64,000 nt of DNA, taken from contig NC_090361.1 of assembly GCF_035084215.1 (NCBI RefSeq), forward strand, positions 3,286,001-3,350,000, in the 5' to 3' direction. Source of the stretch: Heptranchias perlo. Lineage: Eukaryota. The translations under genes and the position numbers were made by a program. Shown here piece after piece: positions 51,362 to 63,749 of the stretch. Numbering within the stretch: position 1 is the first letter of the stretch; every line of letters begins with the position of its first letter. The notes below the pieces were generated by a model. The model was not told the origin of the DNA and ran no database searches. It saw only the letters and a program-made list of their open reading frames with translations.

Positions 51362-52150
51362 GAGAGATAGCGAGGCAGAAAGATTTAGGAAGAGAATCCC
51401 AGAGTGCAGGTGCCATTGGTTGAAAGCCATGCTGCTGATGGGGGCGAGCTGGGGCCTTGCAGTGGAGCAGAAGGTGCTGCCTGGGGCCTGGGACAAGGCC
51501 ATGGAAGGAACTGAAGACTAATGAGGATTTTAAGTGGCTGAAGGTTGTCCTATTGTCATCGCAAACTGTTCCAGAACACCGCATGGAGGGGGTCTGTCAG
51601 CCTGGAGGAGGACTGTAACCAGGGAACCTTTATGGTGACTGTTGATGCTTTCTCCAGAGAAACCAGAGAGCAGAGAAGAAATTAACTGTGACAGAGAGGG
51701 ATGTACACAGCTCTGTCACTCAATAAATAAACCAATCGTGGGCTCCATGGGGAATTAGGAGGGCCCCCGCTTCTGCTCTGCGCTGAGTTATCTAATCTCT
51801 GGGCGTAATGCTACAACTGGTCTCAACATCCCTGGGTTAAGTAAGGGTAAAGTGACTAGGGTTCCTGCTGTGATTGCTGTCCAGTGTATCTGGTTGGAAA
51901 AAGTGCAATGTGGGCACAGTCATGGATTGCCTGTCATACCCCATCATGGTCAAGCAGCCTACCAGTATTTGCAATTGAGGCGCATTCAAAAAAAAAAAGA
52001 ACCACTGCTTGTTTGAGGTATTGGGAGTGCTGCTGGTGTCAGTGGAGCTGTACCCCAGCAGGACTCTGAGCCTTCAGGAGAGGAATGGTGGCAGGGGGCA
52101 GAGTTGAAGCACGTGCTGCAGTTATTTCCGCTTTATGTTCTCTCTCCCAG

Positions 52151-52206
52151 GTGTGCCGTCGTCACAGAATTTGCTCGTCAGCAACTGCTGGCAAAGGGAG
52201 TTAGAG
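52151..52206 (+). CDS. TRMT1: TRMT1 exon
   Basis: CAVVTEFARQQLLAKGVR; ccAG / GTGAGT. Confidence 0.88.
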
Positions 52207-52294
52207 GTGAGTGGAATTCACCTCGGATGCCACTTATTTAATGGGGTGTTGTAAGCAGATATGGTGCTAACCAGCCTTGAAATATTTTGCATAG

Positions 52295-52428
52295 TGCTGG
52301 TCCCTGGAGAAGAGGAACGAAATAAGATTGTCGTAAACTTGACTGAGAGTGAAACCGCTGGGAGTGCAGCAGAACCCGGACATGTACCAGTGATAAAGAA
52401 AACGACCAGTGTAGGAGAGAAATGTGAG
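52295..52428 (+). CDS. TRMT1: TRMT1 exon
   Basis: VLVPGEEERNKIVVNL...VGEKCE; atAG / GTGAAG. Confidence 0.85.
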
Positions 52429-53520
52429 GTGAAGCAATCTTTGTCTAGCCTGTTTCTAAACAAAAAAGTTCTGAATTTTAGACCAGTTTCCACGTTGGTA
52501 CAGTTGTATGTTTTAATTACACGACATTTGCAGAAACATGGGCTGATGTGATGTGTAGCGTTAAGTGCCGCTATGATCCTGCTGCTTTTAGTTGCTGTGC
52601 TAGGGGAGGCGGGAGGGGGATGGATGATCCATTTGAATATAAAGGAAAATCATTAGCTGCTGTTCGATGGTGCCAGACTTATTGGTGCTGATTACTGCTG
52701 ACTAAATGAAATACCAGGAAGTGGAACAGCCAATTTAACATTAAGGTTACACCTTCCCTGATCAATTCAATGGGTTAAAAACACTACCTGGTTCAGACCA
52801 GGAGATCTGGTTTGATCTTTGTCTCTGCTGCATTAGCTCATCTCGTTTAAGGTATCTGTAGGGACTCTAATTGGCTTCAGTGCCCCTTTAGCTAGGGATA
52901 GGAACAAAATACCATCTCGGGTTCTGTTCCTCAATATTGTCCAGTGCCAGCTGCTGAAAAGGGTCTTTGGTCATCAGGTGAGGACAGGATTTGCCTTTGC
53001 TGTGATGGCTTCCTAGTCGAATAGCTTGGCAGCAGTCACTGTCTCATCTTGCGCTTGGGTTAGGTACAGGACGACTGCCAGCGCTCTGTTGAGCCCTTAT
53101 AGCTTTGTGCCACATCAGTAATTTCTGCTGGCAGCACAAGTCCGAACCCTGGGGTAGCTTCAGGTAGGAGTGGAGTGGCAGCGACGACCAGATGAGGGAG
53201 GGGCACGAATGCCTCTTTGAACGGGGGAGAGATAGGGCAGTAGTGCCCCTGAATGGGTGCAGAGTGAAAATGTGCCTCTGTGAATGGGGAAAACTTTATA
53301 GTGTGCAGCCGGTCACTGATGTTATGGCTGTGAAGAGCTGGTCTGTTTAAATTTTTTGATTTTGCTAAAGACGGATCTGATATTTTTTAAAGGGTTGAGA
53401 ATCCCACCAGAGTGTGATTACATGTGCCCCTGCCTTAGTCAGCTGCTCTCATTTTTCTAATGTCTAATGCTTGCACACACTGACGTGGCCTCTGTTTATT
53501 TAGTCTGATTCTCTGTGCAG

Positions 53521-53708
53521 GATGGGATTCGAATACTCGAGGGACTGGCAGCATCTGGGCTCCGTTCTATCCGATTTGCCAAAGAGGTCCCCGGCATTCA
53601 CAGTATTGTGGCAAACGACTTTTCCTCAAAAGCGGTGGAACTAATGAAGAGAAACATTGAGCTTAACGGAGTGGAGCACCTGGTAACAGCTAGCTTGGCA
53701 GATGCAAG
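53521..53708 (+). CDS. TRMT1: TRMT1 exon (SAM-binding motif)
   Basis: [25 protein letters not shown]...ANDFS...ADA. Confidence 0.93.
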
Positions 53709-54562
53709 GTACGGTGTTTTTTAAGGGGAAGAGTAAAAGATCTTTCATTGCTTGTTTGTATCAGGTGTTCTTCGGTCAGGTTAGATCCAGGTTAATAAAG
53801 AAAGACTTACATTTATATAGCGCCTTTCACGACCTCAGGATGTCCCAAAGCGCTTTAGATCCAATGAAGTACTTTTTGAAGTGTAGTCACCGTTGTAATG
53901 TAGGAAACGCGGCAGCCGATTTGCGCACAGCAAGATCCCACAAACAGCAAAGATGATAATGACCAGATAATCTGTTTTAATGATATTGGTTGAGGGATAA
54001 ATATTGGCCAGGACACCGGGGAGAACTCCCCTGCGCCTCTTTGAAATAGCGCCATGGGATCTTTTACATCCATCTGAGAGGGTAGATGGGGTCTCGGTTT
54101 AACGCCTCATCCAAAAGACGGCACCTCTGACAGGGCAGCACTCCCTCGGCACTGCACTGGGAGTGTCAGCCTGCATTTTGTTCTCAAGTCTCTGGAGCGG
54201 GACTTGAACCCACAACCTCCTGACTCAGAGGCGAGAGTGTGCCGCAGCTGACGTCAGTCAGCACCTTCAGGGAAGGGGAGAAGAAACTCTTAAAGGTAAA
54301 AGAGAATAAGAAGGATGTTAAATTAGTCACTATTTGATTTTTACTGATGATTAATACTTTAGCTTTTCCAATGATTGTTTGTTTGGATCGTGTTGCAGTC
54401 GGATCTTGTGACCCCAGCTGAAAGTTTGTGCTTTTCCCATCAGCTGTTTGTTAAATTTCAGTTTACAAATAATACTTTGGCCGATTCTATGATTTGACGT
54501 GTGAGACTCTGGAGAATACTAACCGGGATTGGGGGGGGGGGGGTCTCCGACTCTCTCCGCAG

Positions 54563-54678
54563 CATGCTCCTGTACGAGTCCAAAAGGAGACGGGAACGGT
54601 TTGACGTGATTGACCTGGATCCCTATGGAAGTCCCTCGCAGTTCATTGATGCAGCTGTCCAAGCAGTTAGTGAAGGAG
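54563..54678 (+). CDS. TRMT1: TRMT1 exon
   Basis: MLLYE...[27 protein letters not shown]. Confidence 0.93.
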
Positions 54679-55330
54679 GTGAGGTAGTACTGAGACTGCC
54701 TGGTTAGAATAAGTATGGGGGAGAGAGAGGAGCCATTCAAACCTAGCCATTGACATTTTAGGGGGCTCTCTACATTAGAGAGGTGTGTGTTTGGGGGGGG
54801 GGGTGGAATTTCACACAAACTCTCCCGGGCTTGTGCAGCTTGTAGATAAGCTCACTGAGATGAAATAGGTTGAGAGGAGGCTCATGTGGAACATAAATAC
54901 CGGCACAGATCTGTTGGGCCGAATGGCCTGTGTCTGTGCTGTGTAATAACTGCCTTGAGAAGGAGTCCTGCAGCCTGGTTGGACTTGCCTTGGGTTAGGG
55001 GAGGGTGTTTGTTGCAGTCTGGATAGGGCTGCCTCGGGAGGTGGGATTCTTGTAGCCTGGACACTTGCTGGGTGGGGAATCTTAACATATTTCAGCTTAA
55101 GATTTTTTTGGCCAGCATTTCTAGAACTGGAAGCCTGGCTCTCTGTCTTTCTTTCTGGCTGTCTCTCTCTCTCTTTCTGGCTGTCTCTCTCTCGCTAGCT
55201 GATTCTCTGTCTCTGGCTGGCTGTCTCTCTCATTCTCTTGCCCCGCCACCCCCCCCCCCCCCCCCCGGGCAGTGGGGAGAGAATCGTGTGAACAGTGCCT
55301 GTCCTGTCAGCACCCCCTCACCGGATACAT

Positions 55331-55535
55331 GTAAGGAGTCTTACAATACCAGGTTATAGTCCAACAGCTTTATTTAAAATCACAAGCTTTCGGAGGCTTT
55401 CTCCTTCGTCAGGTGAGAAGGAGAAAGCCTCCGAAAGCTTGTGATTTTAAATAAAGCTGTTGGACTATAACCTGGTGTTGTAAGACTCCTTACGTTTGTC
55501 CACCCCAGTCCATCACCAGCATCTCCACATCATCA
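55331..55535. mobile_element. Penelope-like terminal sequence in inverted (hairpin) arrangement; second single copy at ~55737-55860
   Basis: 77-bp arms 55331-55407 and 55417-55493 with one G-T pair; tail GTCCACCCCAGTCCATCACCAGCATCTCCACATC shared with the second copy. Confidence 0.75.
55380..55416 (-). ncRNA. Minimal type-I hammerhead ribozyme motif (Penelope-type)
   Basis: Minus strand UCAC-CUGACGA-A-GGAG(AAAGC)CUCC-GAAA-GCUU-GUGA: conserved core, stems I and II pair, palindromic AGCU stem III. Confidence 0.6.
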
Positions 55536-56000
55536 CTGGATACAGGCAGTCACACAGGACACTTCCGAATCTTTGTGCCAGTTTCTGATTTTTGCGGTCT
55601 TCCCATTGTGATGTATCTTCCTCTGTTTCAAATATTTATCCAACCCAACCTTTCCTTAAGAGATGCTGTGGTCTCTGCCTCAGTCACTCTGTGGCAAAGC
55701 CTGCCGTGCTCCAATAACTCTCTGTGTAAATTGTGAACCTGAGGAAGGAGGTAGCCTCCGAAAGCTTGTGAATTTAAAATGAAATTGCTGGACTATAACT
55801 TGGTGTTGTAAAATTGTTTACAATTGTCAACCCCAGTCCATCACCGGCATCGCCACATCTCTGTGTAAAGGTAGAACTATAGATGTTTGCATTTCTCATT
55901 TGAGCCTCGGGGGAGGGTACTGGCTTCAGTTGAATGTTTTGGAGCCTTTGTTGGAGGATTAGAATAAATTTAAATAACAAAGTATCGCGTCTCTTTTAAG

Positions 56001-56113
56001 GGCTTCTTTGTGTCACATGTACAGACATGGCAGTGATGGCCGGGAACAGTGGGGAGACCTGTTACAGCAAGTATGGAGCCATGTCACTGAAATCAAAGTT
56101 CTGTCATGAAATG
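56001..56113 (+). CDS. TRMT1: TRMT1 exon
   Basis: [38 protein letters not shown]. Confidence 0.93.
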
Positions 56114-56877
56114 GTGAGTTTCAGCAGATTCCGGGACCCTGGGTTTAAGTGTCGGGAGGGTAGGAATCATTGGGAAGAGGTTGCCAGTTCAGGAATGCAC
56201 TTGGGAAAGGGCAGGAAGAGAGCAGAGTCGAGGGGGCACTCTGGGTGAAAAGGGGAGAGCTATGGGTACTTGTGATTTATTACTACTCCTGGGGTACGAT
56301 TATACAGGCACCTTAAGTCTGCATCTTTCACCTGAATCGTTAATATTGAGGGGATGGTCCTAGCTGGGCCCAACCCTGTCATCGCCTGCCGTCCCCTCAC
56401 GAGTTACTTAATGGTGATCAGTGGCAGGAACCCTGCCTGATTCGTGCGCACAAGTGCTCTGGAGTTGAGTGATTTTAGTGGCTGCGTGCGATCTCCCCCG
56501 ATGTTTGGGAGGGTTGTGTGTAGCATCGCATTGCATTGCCTGCACGGGGTGGGCTGACCTGCACTAGCGGTGCCAGTGGTGCCCAGGTTTATGTTTGCCG
56601 CTGGCAGCACATGGTGTTCTGGAAGCGGGGGGGGTGCATCAGGTGGTGCCCTCTACAAAGCTGAGTCCTGGTGCCTCTGACTCTGTCTCTAGGCACTGGA
56701 GGCAATCGTGTAAATGGAGTTAGTTGCTGACTCTTGAGGCAAGGCACCGAATTGAGGCTGGGAACATAACTGTGAAGCATCTCTGGCCTTCTCTCGTTGC
56801 CTGGATACTGCACTCCAGATGAAGTAGTGCAGCAGTTTGGGAGGTTTTGTCATAAGGTGCGATATAAATGTAAGGAT

Positions 56878-57425
56878 TAGAATACTGTGCTGTGCAGAGT
56901 TCTGGTCTCCTTATTATAAAAAGGATATCGAGGCACTGGAGAAGGTACAAAAAAGATTTACAAGGATGATACCAGAACTGAGAGGATATAACTATCAGGA
57001 AAGATTGAACAGGCTGGGGCTCTTTTCTCTAGAAAGCAGAAGGCTGAAGGGTGACGTGATAGAGGTGTTTAAAATTATGAAAGGTTTTGATAGGGTAAAC
57101 AGAGATGTTTCCACTTATGGGGGAGTACCAGAACCAGGGGCCATAAATATGATAGTCACTAATAAATCCAATAAGGAATTCAGGAGAAACTTCTTTACCC
57201 AGAGTGGCTAGAATGTGGAACTCGCTACATTGTGGATTGGTTGAGGCGAATAACATAGATGCATTTAAGGGGAAGCTAGATAAGTACATGAGGGAGAAAG
57301 GAGTAGAAGGATAGGCTGATAGGGTTAGATGATGTAGGGTGGGAGGAGGCTCGAGTGGAGCATAAACACCTGCATGGACCAGTTGGGACGAATGGCCTGT
57401 TTCAGTTCTGTACATTCTATGTAAA
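56878..57425 (+). mobile_element. CR1 LINE 3' fragment
   Basis: FWSPYYKKDIEALEKVQKRFTRMIPELRG...LGLFSLE. Confidence 0.8.
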
Positions 57426-57605
57426 GAATGATCTGCCTCCTAGCACTGGTTACAGAGCTGTCTGTGTTGGCCTGGGAGATAAGTTGCCTGGCCACCCTCC
57501 TTTACCCGGGAGTGACTGAGAAAGTAGAATGTAGATTTTGTTTTTTTAGTCAAGTGACATATTCTGTCTCTTCCCCCTCTCCCCCTGGCCTGGTTCCTCC
57601 CACAG

Positions 57606-57754
57606 GCTCTCCGTATTATCCTGCACAGCTTGGACCTACGTGCTAACTGCTACCAGCGATACATCGTACCTGTCCTCTCCGTCAGTGTAGACTTCTACAT
57701 CCGAGTCTTTGTCCAGGTGTTCACGGGACAGGCCATGGTGAAAGCGTCAGCCAG
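57606..57754 (+). CDS. TRMT1: TRMT1 exon
   Basis: [49 protein letters not shown]. Confidence 0.93.
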
Positions 57755-58649
57755 GTACGGTACAATGAGGCCCAATCAATCTGCTCAATGTTCGCTGCTC
57801 AGCAGTTTGAATCAAATACATTTTTTTGGAAATCACTACTCAATTGCCAGTCAGTTTCCATTTTCTATCTGCCTATTGGATGGAATCAAGCATGAAGACC
57901 AATCCTGTGGCTCCAACCTTTAATGCATGTCTGAACCACTTAAATTGTTGGATTTTAAATGCCCCCCCCCACCACTCACAAAGGTGCTGACTCCCGCTGG
58001 GGTTTGGTTCCACTGCTGCGGGCTCTCCTTTGTACAGCATCCAAGTGGCCGTTCTTACTCAGCCAGAGAATATTGGGTGTTTTCAGGCCCACTGAGGTGG
58101 GGTCGAGACCTATATCACAGCTGAATCTAACGCTGTCCTCTCCCCAAACCCGCTCCCAATGGATCGACACCATACCCAATAAATTTGTGTCAAATGAAGC
58201 CCCGTTCCTCCCTCCCTCTCTCCTGGGTCATGAACTGGGACAGTCTGAACACAGTTCCTGGTGGGAATGGGTCCAAACTTCTCAGTGTGGATCTGATTGA
58301 CAACTTCACTCCAGAAGAAGCTACAAGAATAGCTGGAGTGAGAACTGGGGATATCGGTGATGCATTAAAGTCAGTCTCTCCTAAATTGGCATTAGGGGAT
58401 CCTGCTTCCTTCCTTCCTTTTCCCCACTCTCCTGGGAGAACGAAACTCCAAACTCATTTCATTTAGCCGTGAAGCTGTATAATTGCAGTAGTTTACTGAT
58501 AAATCACAGTGTCTGACTCAGTAACTCCCAAACCTTCAGGGGGAAACTGAAAAAAACTAATTTATTTCTGTCACTAAGTTTTGAACATGTCCTGACCTAG
58601 AGAGGCTGTAAGCTGGTGTGTGTCTGAGAGTTGTGATTCTCTGTTGCAG

Positions 58650-58733
58650 TAAGCAGGCTCTGGTGTATAACTGTGTGGGCTGTGGCTCCTTCCACATTCA
58701 GAGGATGGGGAAAATGATCCGACACGGGAAAAA
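58650..58733 (+). CDS. TRMT1: TRMT1 exon
   Basis: [21 protein letters not shown]; gcAG / GTAGGT. Confidence 0.9.
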
Positions 58734-59466
58734 GTAGGTGATTGTTTCTCTTTCTAAAGTATTTATACAACAGTGCCCATTTATTTTGTTTCTCTCCTGT
58801 TGATCTCCCCTTGGTTACGGCCGTATCCCAGGGACAGTAGAATGCTCTGGGCTGCAGCGTTCCCTGCCAATGCTGCAAAGTCACTTGGCTCGGCCAAGAG
58901 AGGTCTTTCGGATGAGACGTTAAACCGAGGCCCAGTCTGTTCTCTTGGGTGGACGCAAAAAATCCCACGACACTTTTTTGAAGAAGAGCAGGGGAGATCT
59001 CCCCAGTTCCTGGCCAATATTTATCCCTCAACCAACGTCACTTTTATACATAAAAAAAAATTATCTGGCCATTTGTCTCATTGATGTTTGTGGGATCTTG
59101 CTGTGCGCAAATTGGCTGCCACGTTTCCTACATTACAACAGTGACCAAACTTCAAAAAGTACTTCAATGGCTGTAAAGTGCTTTGGGACATCCTGAGGTT
59201 GTGAAAGGTGCTATATAAATACAAATTCTTTCTTGCTCATAGTGAATGAGTCCAACTTTGATCCGTTTGCTTTGGATACTGAGCACAATGGCAGGGGTGC
59301 TGATCAAGTAGACCAGTCTGTCTCTTTGATAAATCAAATATTCTTAGTGACTAAAATGTTGCTCTGCAAAATAAAAACCACCCGTACTTTGCTGATGTGC
59401 TAATGTTCTGTTTCAGAGCTTACCCTCGGTTATAGTAGTAACCTGGGCTCGATTCTTTTTTTGCAG

Positions 59467-59536
59467 CTACAAATACACAGCGAGCTCTGGGCCGCCGGTG
59501 GGAGCAGTGTGTGAGCATTGCTGCCAGAGACACCAG
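59467..59536 (+). CDS. TRMT1: TRMT1 exon
   Basis: YKYTASSGPPVGAVCEHCCQRHQ; gcAG / GTATGG. Confidence 0.9.
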
Positions 59537-60277
59537 GTATGGGGGAGAGAATTCGGCATTTCCTTCCTTTTTGTTAGTTTCTGCACCCTCCCCGCCCGCC
59601 CCCCCCAGCCCTCCATCCTCCGTACCACTTCCCCCATCTCACCCGCTGTTCCATTACCAAGAGACCGTGTCACTGCCGAATTCAGGCCTTTGCCAAAGTT
59701 GTCGTCATCAGTCATGAGGATGAGTGGCTCAGGTCCCCTCGACATTGGATCGGGGGGTGGGGGGGAGAGAGAGACGTGCCTCTCTGGATAAACTCTGAGA
59801 GGGAAAGAGCTGGCTTTGTGGAGAGACTAGGACATTCTGATTGGTGCAGGTGCCTTGCAGTTCTGGTCGGCACTTTACTAATAAATAAAAATTCAATTAT
59901 TGTAAAATGGGATAAAATTGACAATCTTAGTTGAGAGCAGATTCCAGTAGCTTTCCCGGTCCCGGTCAATATCTAGTGACTCCTGCCAGTAACTGCGAGC
60001 GTAGATTGGGTGAGGACAGAATCGGGCTCAACTGTGAAGCTTTTCATGGTCAAATAGCCTGCTGACACTCACTATCTAGGCTTGTACAAGAGGTAAGGCA
60101 TTGGAGGGTGACTGGCAACCGTGGAATCGAACCCCAAATGAGCCGGCAGAGGCGGGGAGAAAACTGGAAGAGGGAAAAGTGAGCAGCCTGCGTAGAGTAC
60201 GTGTTCCCCAGGGGAAGGATATTCCCTTGTGGTTTTATTTGTGGATGTAGGCTGATTGTTTTATTTTCTGGTTCCAG

Positions 60278-60412
60278 CTTGGTGGCCCGATCTGGGCAGA
60301 GCAGATCCACGACCCGGGTTTCACCCAGAGAGTCCTCGAGTCTGTGGGACACAACCCTCAGCGGTTCAAGACTTCAGATCGGATACTGGGCATGCTCAGT
60401 ATGGTCACAGAG
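60278..60412 (+). CDS. TRMT1: TRMT1 exon
   Basis: [20 protein letters not shown]...[11 protein letters not shown]. Confidence 0.9.
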
Positions 60413-61497
60413 GTGCGCTCACTAAGTATTCCTTTGGTGAAGGACCAGAGCCTGAGGAGCAGGACACCCAGTAGGCCGAACAGCGGAGGGAAGACTGAGT
60501 AAATCTAGTCGTAGTTGGTTAGGGGACAGCAAGCTTGGGTTTTGAAAGCCTGAAGAAGGAAAGCCGTGCATTTACATAGCAGCTTGTCACGTCGTTCAAA
60601 CGTCACATGTTATGGATTACTTTTGAAGGGCACTGACTGTTATATAGAATGATGCAGCACACGAGGAGGCCATTTGACCCATCGAGCCTGTGCCGGCACA
60701 TAGGCAAATGCAGCAACCAGACTGATTGTAACTCCGAGCAGAGCTTCTGACCCCATAATCCTCCGTCACCAAGACTGCCGACTTCCACCTCCATAACATT
60801 ACTGGTCTCCACCCTGCCTCACCTTACCAGCCTTTGAAACCCTTATCCATCCTTTGTCACCTACAGGCTCGATTATTCAAATGCTCTCCACCCTCTGTAA
60901 ACTTCAGCTCATCCGTAACTCTGCCGCCTGTATCCTGTCCCGCACCGAGTCCCGCTCACCCATCACCCTTGTGCTCGCTGGCTTACATTTACTCTCGGTG
61001 CCTCAACCCCTCCATTTTAAAAATTCTCATCCTCGTGTTTAAATCCCTTCAAGGCCTCGCCCCTCCCTATCTCTAATTTCCACAGTCCCACAAACCTCCT
61101 GCCCCCAGGACTCTCTGTTCATCTGACTGTGGCCTCTTGTGCACCCCTCCACTTCCCTTTGCCCCATCACTGGCAACTGTGCCTTTAGCCACCTAGACCC
61201 TGTGCTCTGGAGTTCCCTCCCTAAACTCCTTATCTCCACCTCCCTCTCCTCCATTAAGACTCACCCTTAAAACACCACTTTGCCCAAGCTTTTGATCACC
61301 ATCTCCTCCTTTAGCTCAGCGTCCATTTTTTGATTATGTCTCTGAAGTTTCTTTACGTTAAATGTGTTGCATTGGCTTAAATGCTACCCCTTTTACCCTC
61401 CGACATTGCGCAATGGGTAAACTGGCAGATCACCTCTTTACTGAGTCACACGATTGATTCGTTTTGGTTTTACTTGAAATTGGTTTGTCTTTACCAG

Positions 61498-61583
61498 GAG
61501 TTGCCGGATTGCCCTTTATACCACACCATGGACCACCTGAGCAGTGTCATCCACTGTAGTACCCCATCCCTCCTGCAGATGAG
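61498..61583 (+). CDS. TRMT1: TRMT1 exon
   Basis: [29 protein letters not shown]. Confidence 0.92.
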
Positions 61584-61747
61584 GTAAGATCATTGGTTTT
61601 AGGTTCTCCCCTCTGGCTCTTGGGAATCACGGTCCAGGGTGATGGGAGATGGATGGTCAAACTCCAGCAGGCAGACTCCTGCATGGGGTCGGTGCTCTTT
61701 AATAAATAGGCAGAACTGTGCCTGCCTGAGAGGGGCGGCTTTGGTGA

Positions 61748-62298
61748 CATAGAATCCTACAGCACAGAAGGAAGCTATTCGGCCCATCCTGCCTTTGCTA
61801 GCTCTTTGAAACAACTATCCAATTAATCCCAACCCCACCCCCCCCAGCTCTTTCCCTGCAAATTTTTATTTTTCAAGCATTTATCCAGTTCCCTTTTGAA
61901 TCTGCTTCCACCACCCTTTTCAGGCAGTGCATTCCAGATCAGAACCACTCGCTGTGTTTAAAAAAAAAAAAAAAAAAAAATTCTTCTCATCTCCTCCCCT
62001 GGTTCTTTTGTCAATTCCCTTAAATCTGTGTCCTTTGGTTACAGACCCTTCTGCCAGTGGAAACAATTTGTCCTTATATCAAACCCCTTCATAATTTTGA
62101 ACACCTATTAAATCTCCCCTTAACCTTCTCTGTTCTAAGGAGAACAACCCCAGCTTCTCCTGTCTCTCCACATAACTGAAGTCCCTCATCCCTGGTACCA
62201 TTCTAGTAAATCTCCTCTGCATCCTCTCTGAGGCCTTAATATCCCTCCTAAAGTGTGGTGCCCAGAGTTGGAGACAATACTCCAGCTGAGGCCTAACC
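61748..62298 (-). mobile_element. CR1 LINE 3' fragment
   Basis: VRPQLEYCLQLWAPHFRRDI...LGLFSLEQRRLRGDLI. Confidence 0.8.
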
Positions 62299-62447
62299 GG
62301 ACTCCTGGGAGTTCCTGTGCTGCCACAGCTCGATGTTCCACCCCTTGAGCACAAAATAACGACAAGTGAAGATGAATGTGAACTGCATGGAATTATACAT
62401 TGAGAAAATGATTTTGATCTCTTTACTCCCCCCCCCAATCCTGTAAG

Positions 62448-62556
62448 GTCGGCCCTACTCCATGCTGGGTATCGAGTGTCCCTCTCACACGCTTGTAAAA
62501 ACGCTGTTAAAACTGATGCACCATCTTCAGTCATCTGGGACGTCATGAGGAGCTGG
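62448..62556 (+). CDS. TRMT1: TRMT1 exon
   Basis: [36 protein letters not shown]. Confidence 0.92.
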
Positions 62557-62755
62557 GTAAGAGACGAATCTGTAGGTGTGCAGGTGACATTTTTGTCGAT
62601 TTTAGATGCGTGATAGTGTGAAATAAGAATTGAACCCGCTGATGTGCAACGGTCCAGAAACATGGGTGACCATGGGACTCGTACACTGGATTTTGAGGTG
62701 ACTGTGGGTTTTCTAAGCGGTGAGAGGGTTAATCTGGGCTGTGTTTCTGGTGCAG

Positions 62756-62832
62756 GCAAAGATCCACCCAGTGAAGCGGGAGAAGCTGTCGGAGAGCAGT
62801 CCTGCATTTCGGATTCTCGGCAAAGACCCTGT
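62756..62832 (+). CDS. TRMT1: TRMT1 exon
   Basis: AKIHPVKREKLSESSPAFRILGKDP; gcAG / GTGAGT. Confidence 0.88.
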
Positions 62833-63629
62833 GTGAGTTTTTCTTAAAATGTAATCCCTCTGTCAGCGGGAGTTGGTAAATGCACCGGCCTGTGTACAGA
62901 CCAGGAGGGGCCCACGCCTGGTCCCTGCTCAGTGCTGAGATGGTTGGTTTCTGTTAGGGTGGCAGTGGTGGGGGGTGCACAAACCGTCTCGGGACACCCT
63001 GGGCTAGAGAGGGGCTAACAAAATCAGTTGAGGGGGGGTCTTGCTGTTTGTCCTGTGGATCCTGTTGGGAAGTGGGCGTCGGGGGCCGATAGGATCTGGC
63101 TCACCTGGTTGAAGATGCTGCCTACGTTCGCTGTCCAGCTCTGACGAGAAGAGTCATCACCTGGGGCAGTGCCCACTGGCGTATCCCGAGGGTGGCATGC
63201 CTGAGGTCATGTGTTTAGATGTGGATGAAGCTGTGCCTCATTGCCCTGTGACACGGTGCATTGCATCATCAGTGTTCTCTCACCTAATGACCAGTTACAC
63301 ATAACGAGTACCATGTGGTTTTGCTTTTGTCGATCTTCCCATTCTGAATGCCCCGATTGGGCTCTGATTCCGGGGGCACTATTTTCCGTCTAGTAGACTA
63401 TTCTACTGTGGCGAGCATCACTGCTGAGCCTGTCCTTGATATCCGGGATTGCGTGGCTGTATTATACTCATTTTACCAACTGAGTGCTCGAGATTTCTTT
63501 TGCAGTGATATACTCTGCGATTGTGCACGATTCTTCCCTGTGTTTAAATCTTTCAGAATAGTCGTTTCTTTTAAGCAACGTAAACCTCTCCCGTTCAACT
63601 GGTTTTTAGACCAATCTTGCGTCTCTCAG

Positions 63630-63749
63630 TCTGCAGGCTTGCTTCGATATCCGGGAAGATGCAAACCCCAAATCTAGGAAGCAAGGGCTAAAGCGTTTCC
63701 AGGAAAATCCAGAAGCCAACTGGGGGCCGAAGGCGAGGGCTAGAGCAGG
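63630..63749 (+). CDS. TRMT1: TRMT1 exon (gene continues beyond the window)
   Basis: [38 protein letters not shown]; donor GTAAGT. Confidence 0.9.

Noticed and set aside
63135-63165. CTGACGA hammerhead-like start
   Set aside because: No following stem II or GAAA core; incomplete
63290-63620. CpG-rich intronic stretch as a possible snoRNA
   Set aside because: I could not find convincing C/D boxes with a terminal stem or an H/ACA architecture by eye; an Infernal/Rfam scan would be needed
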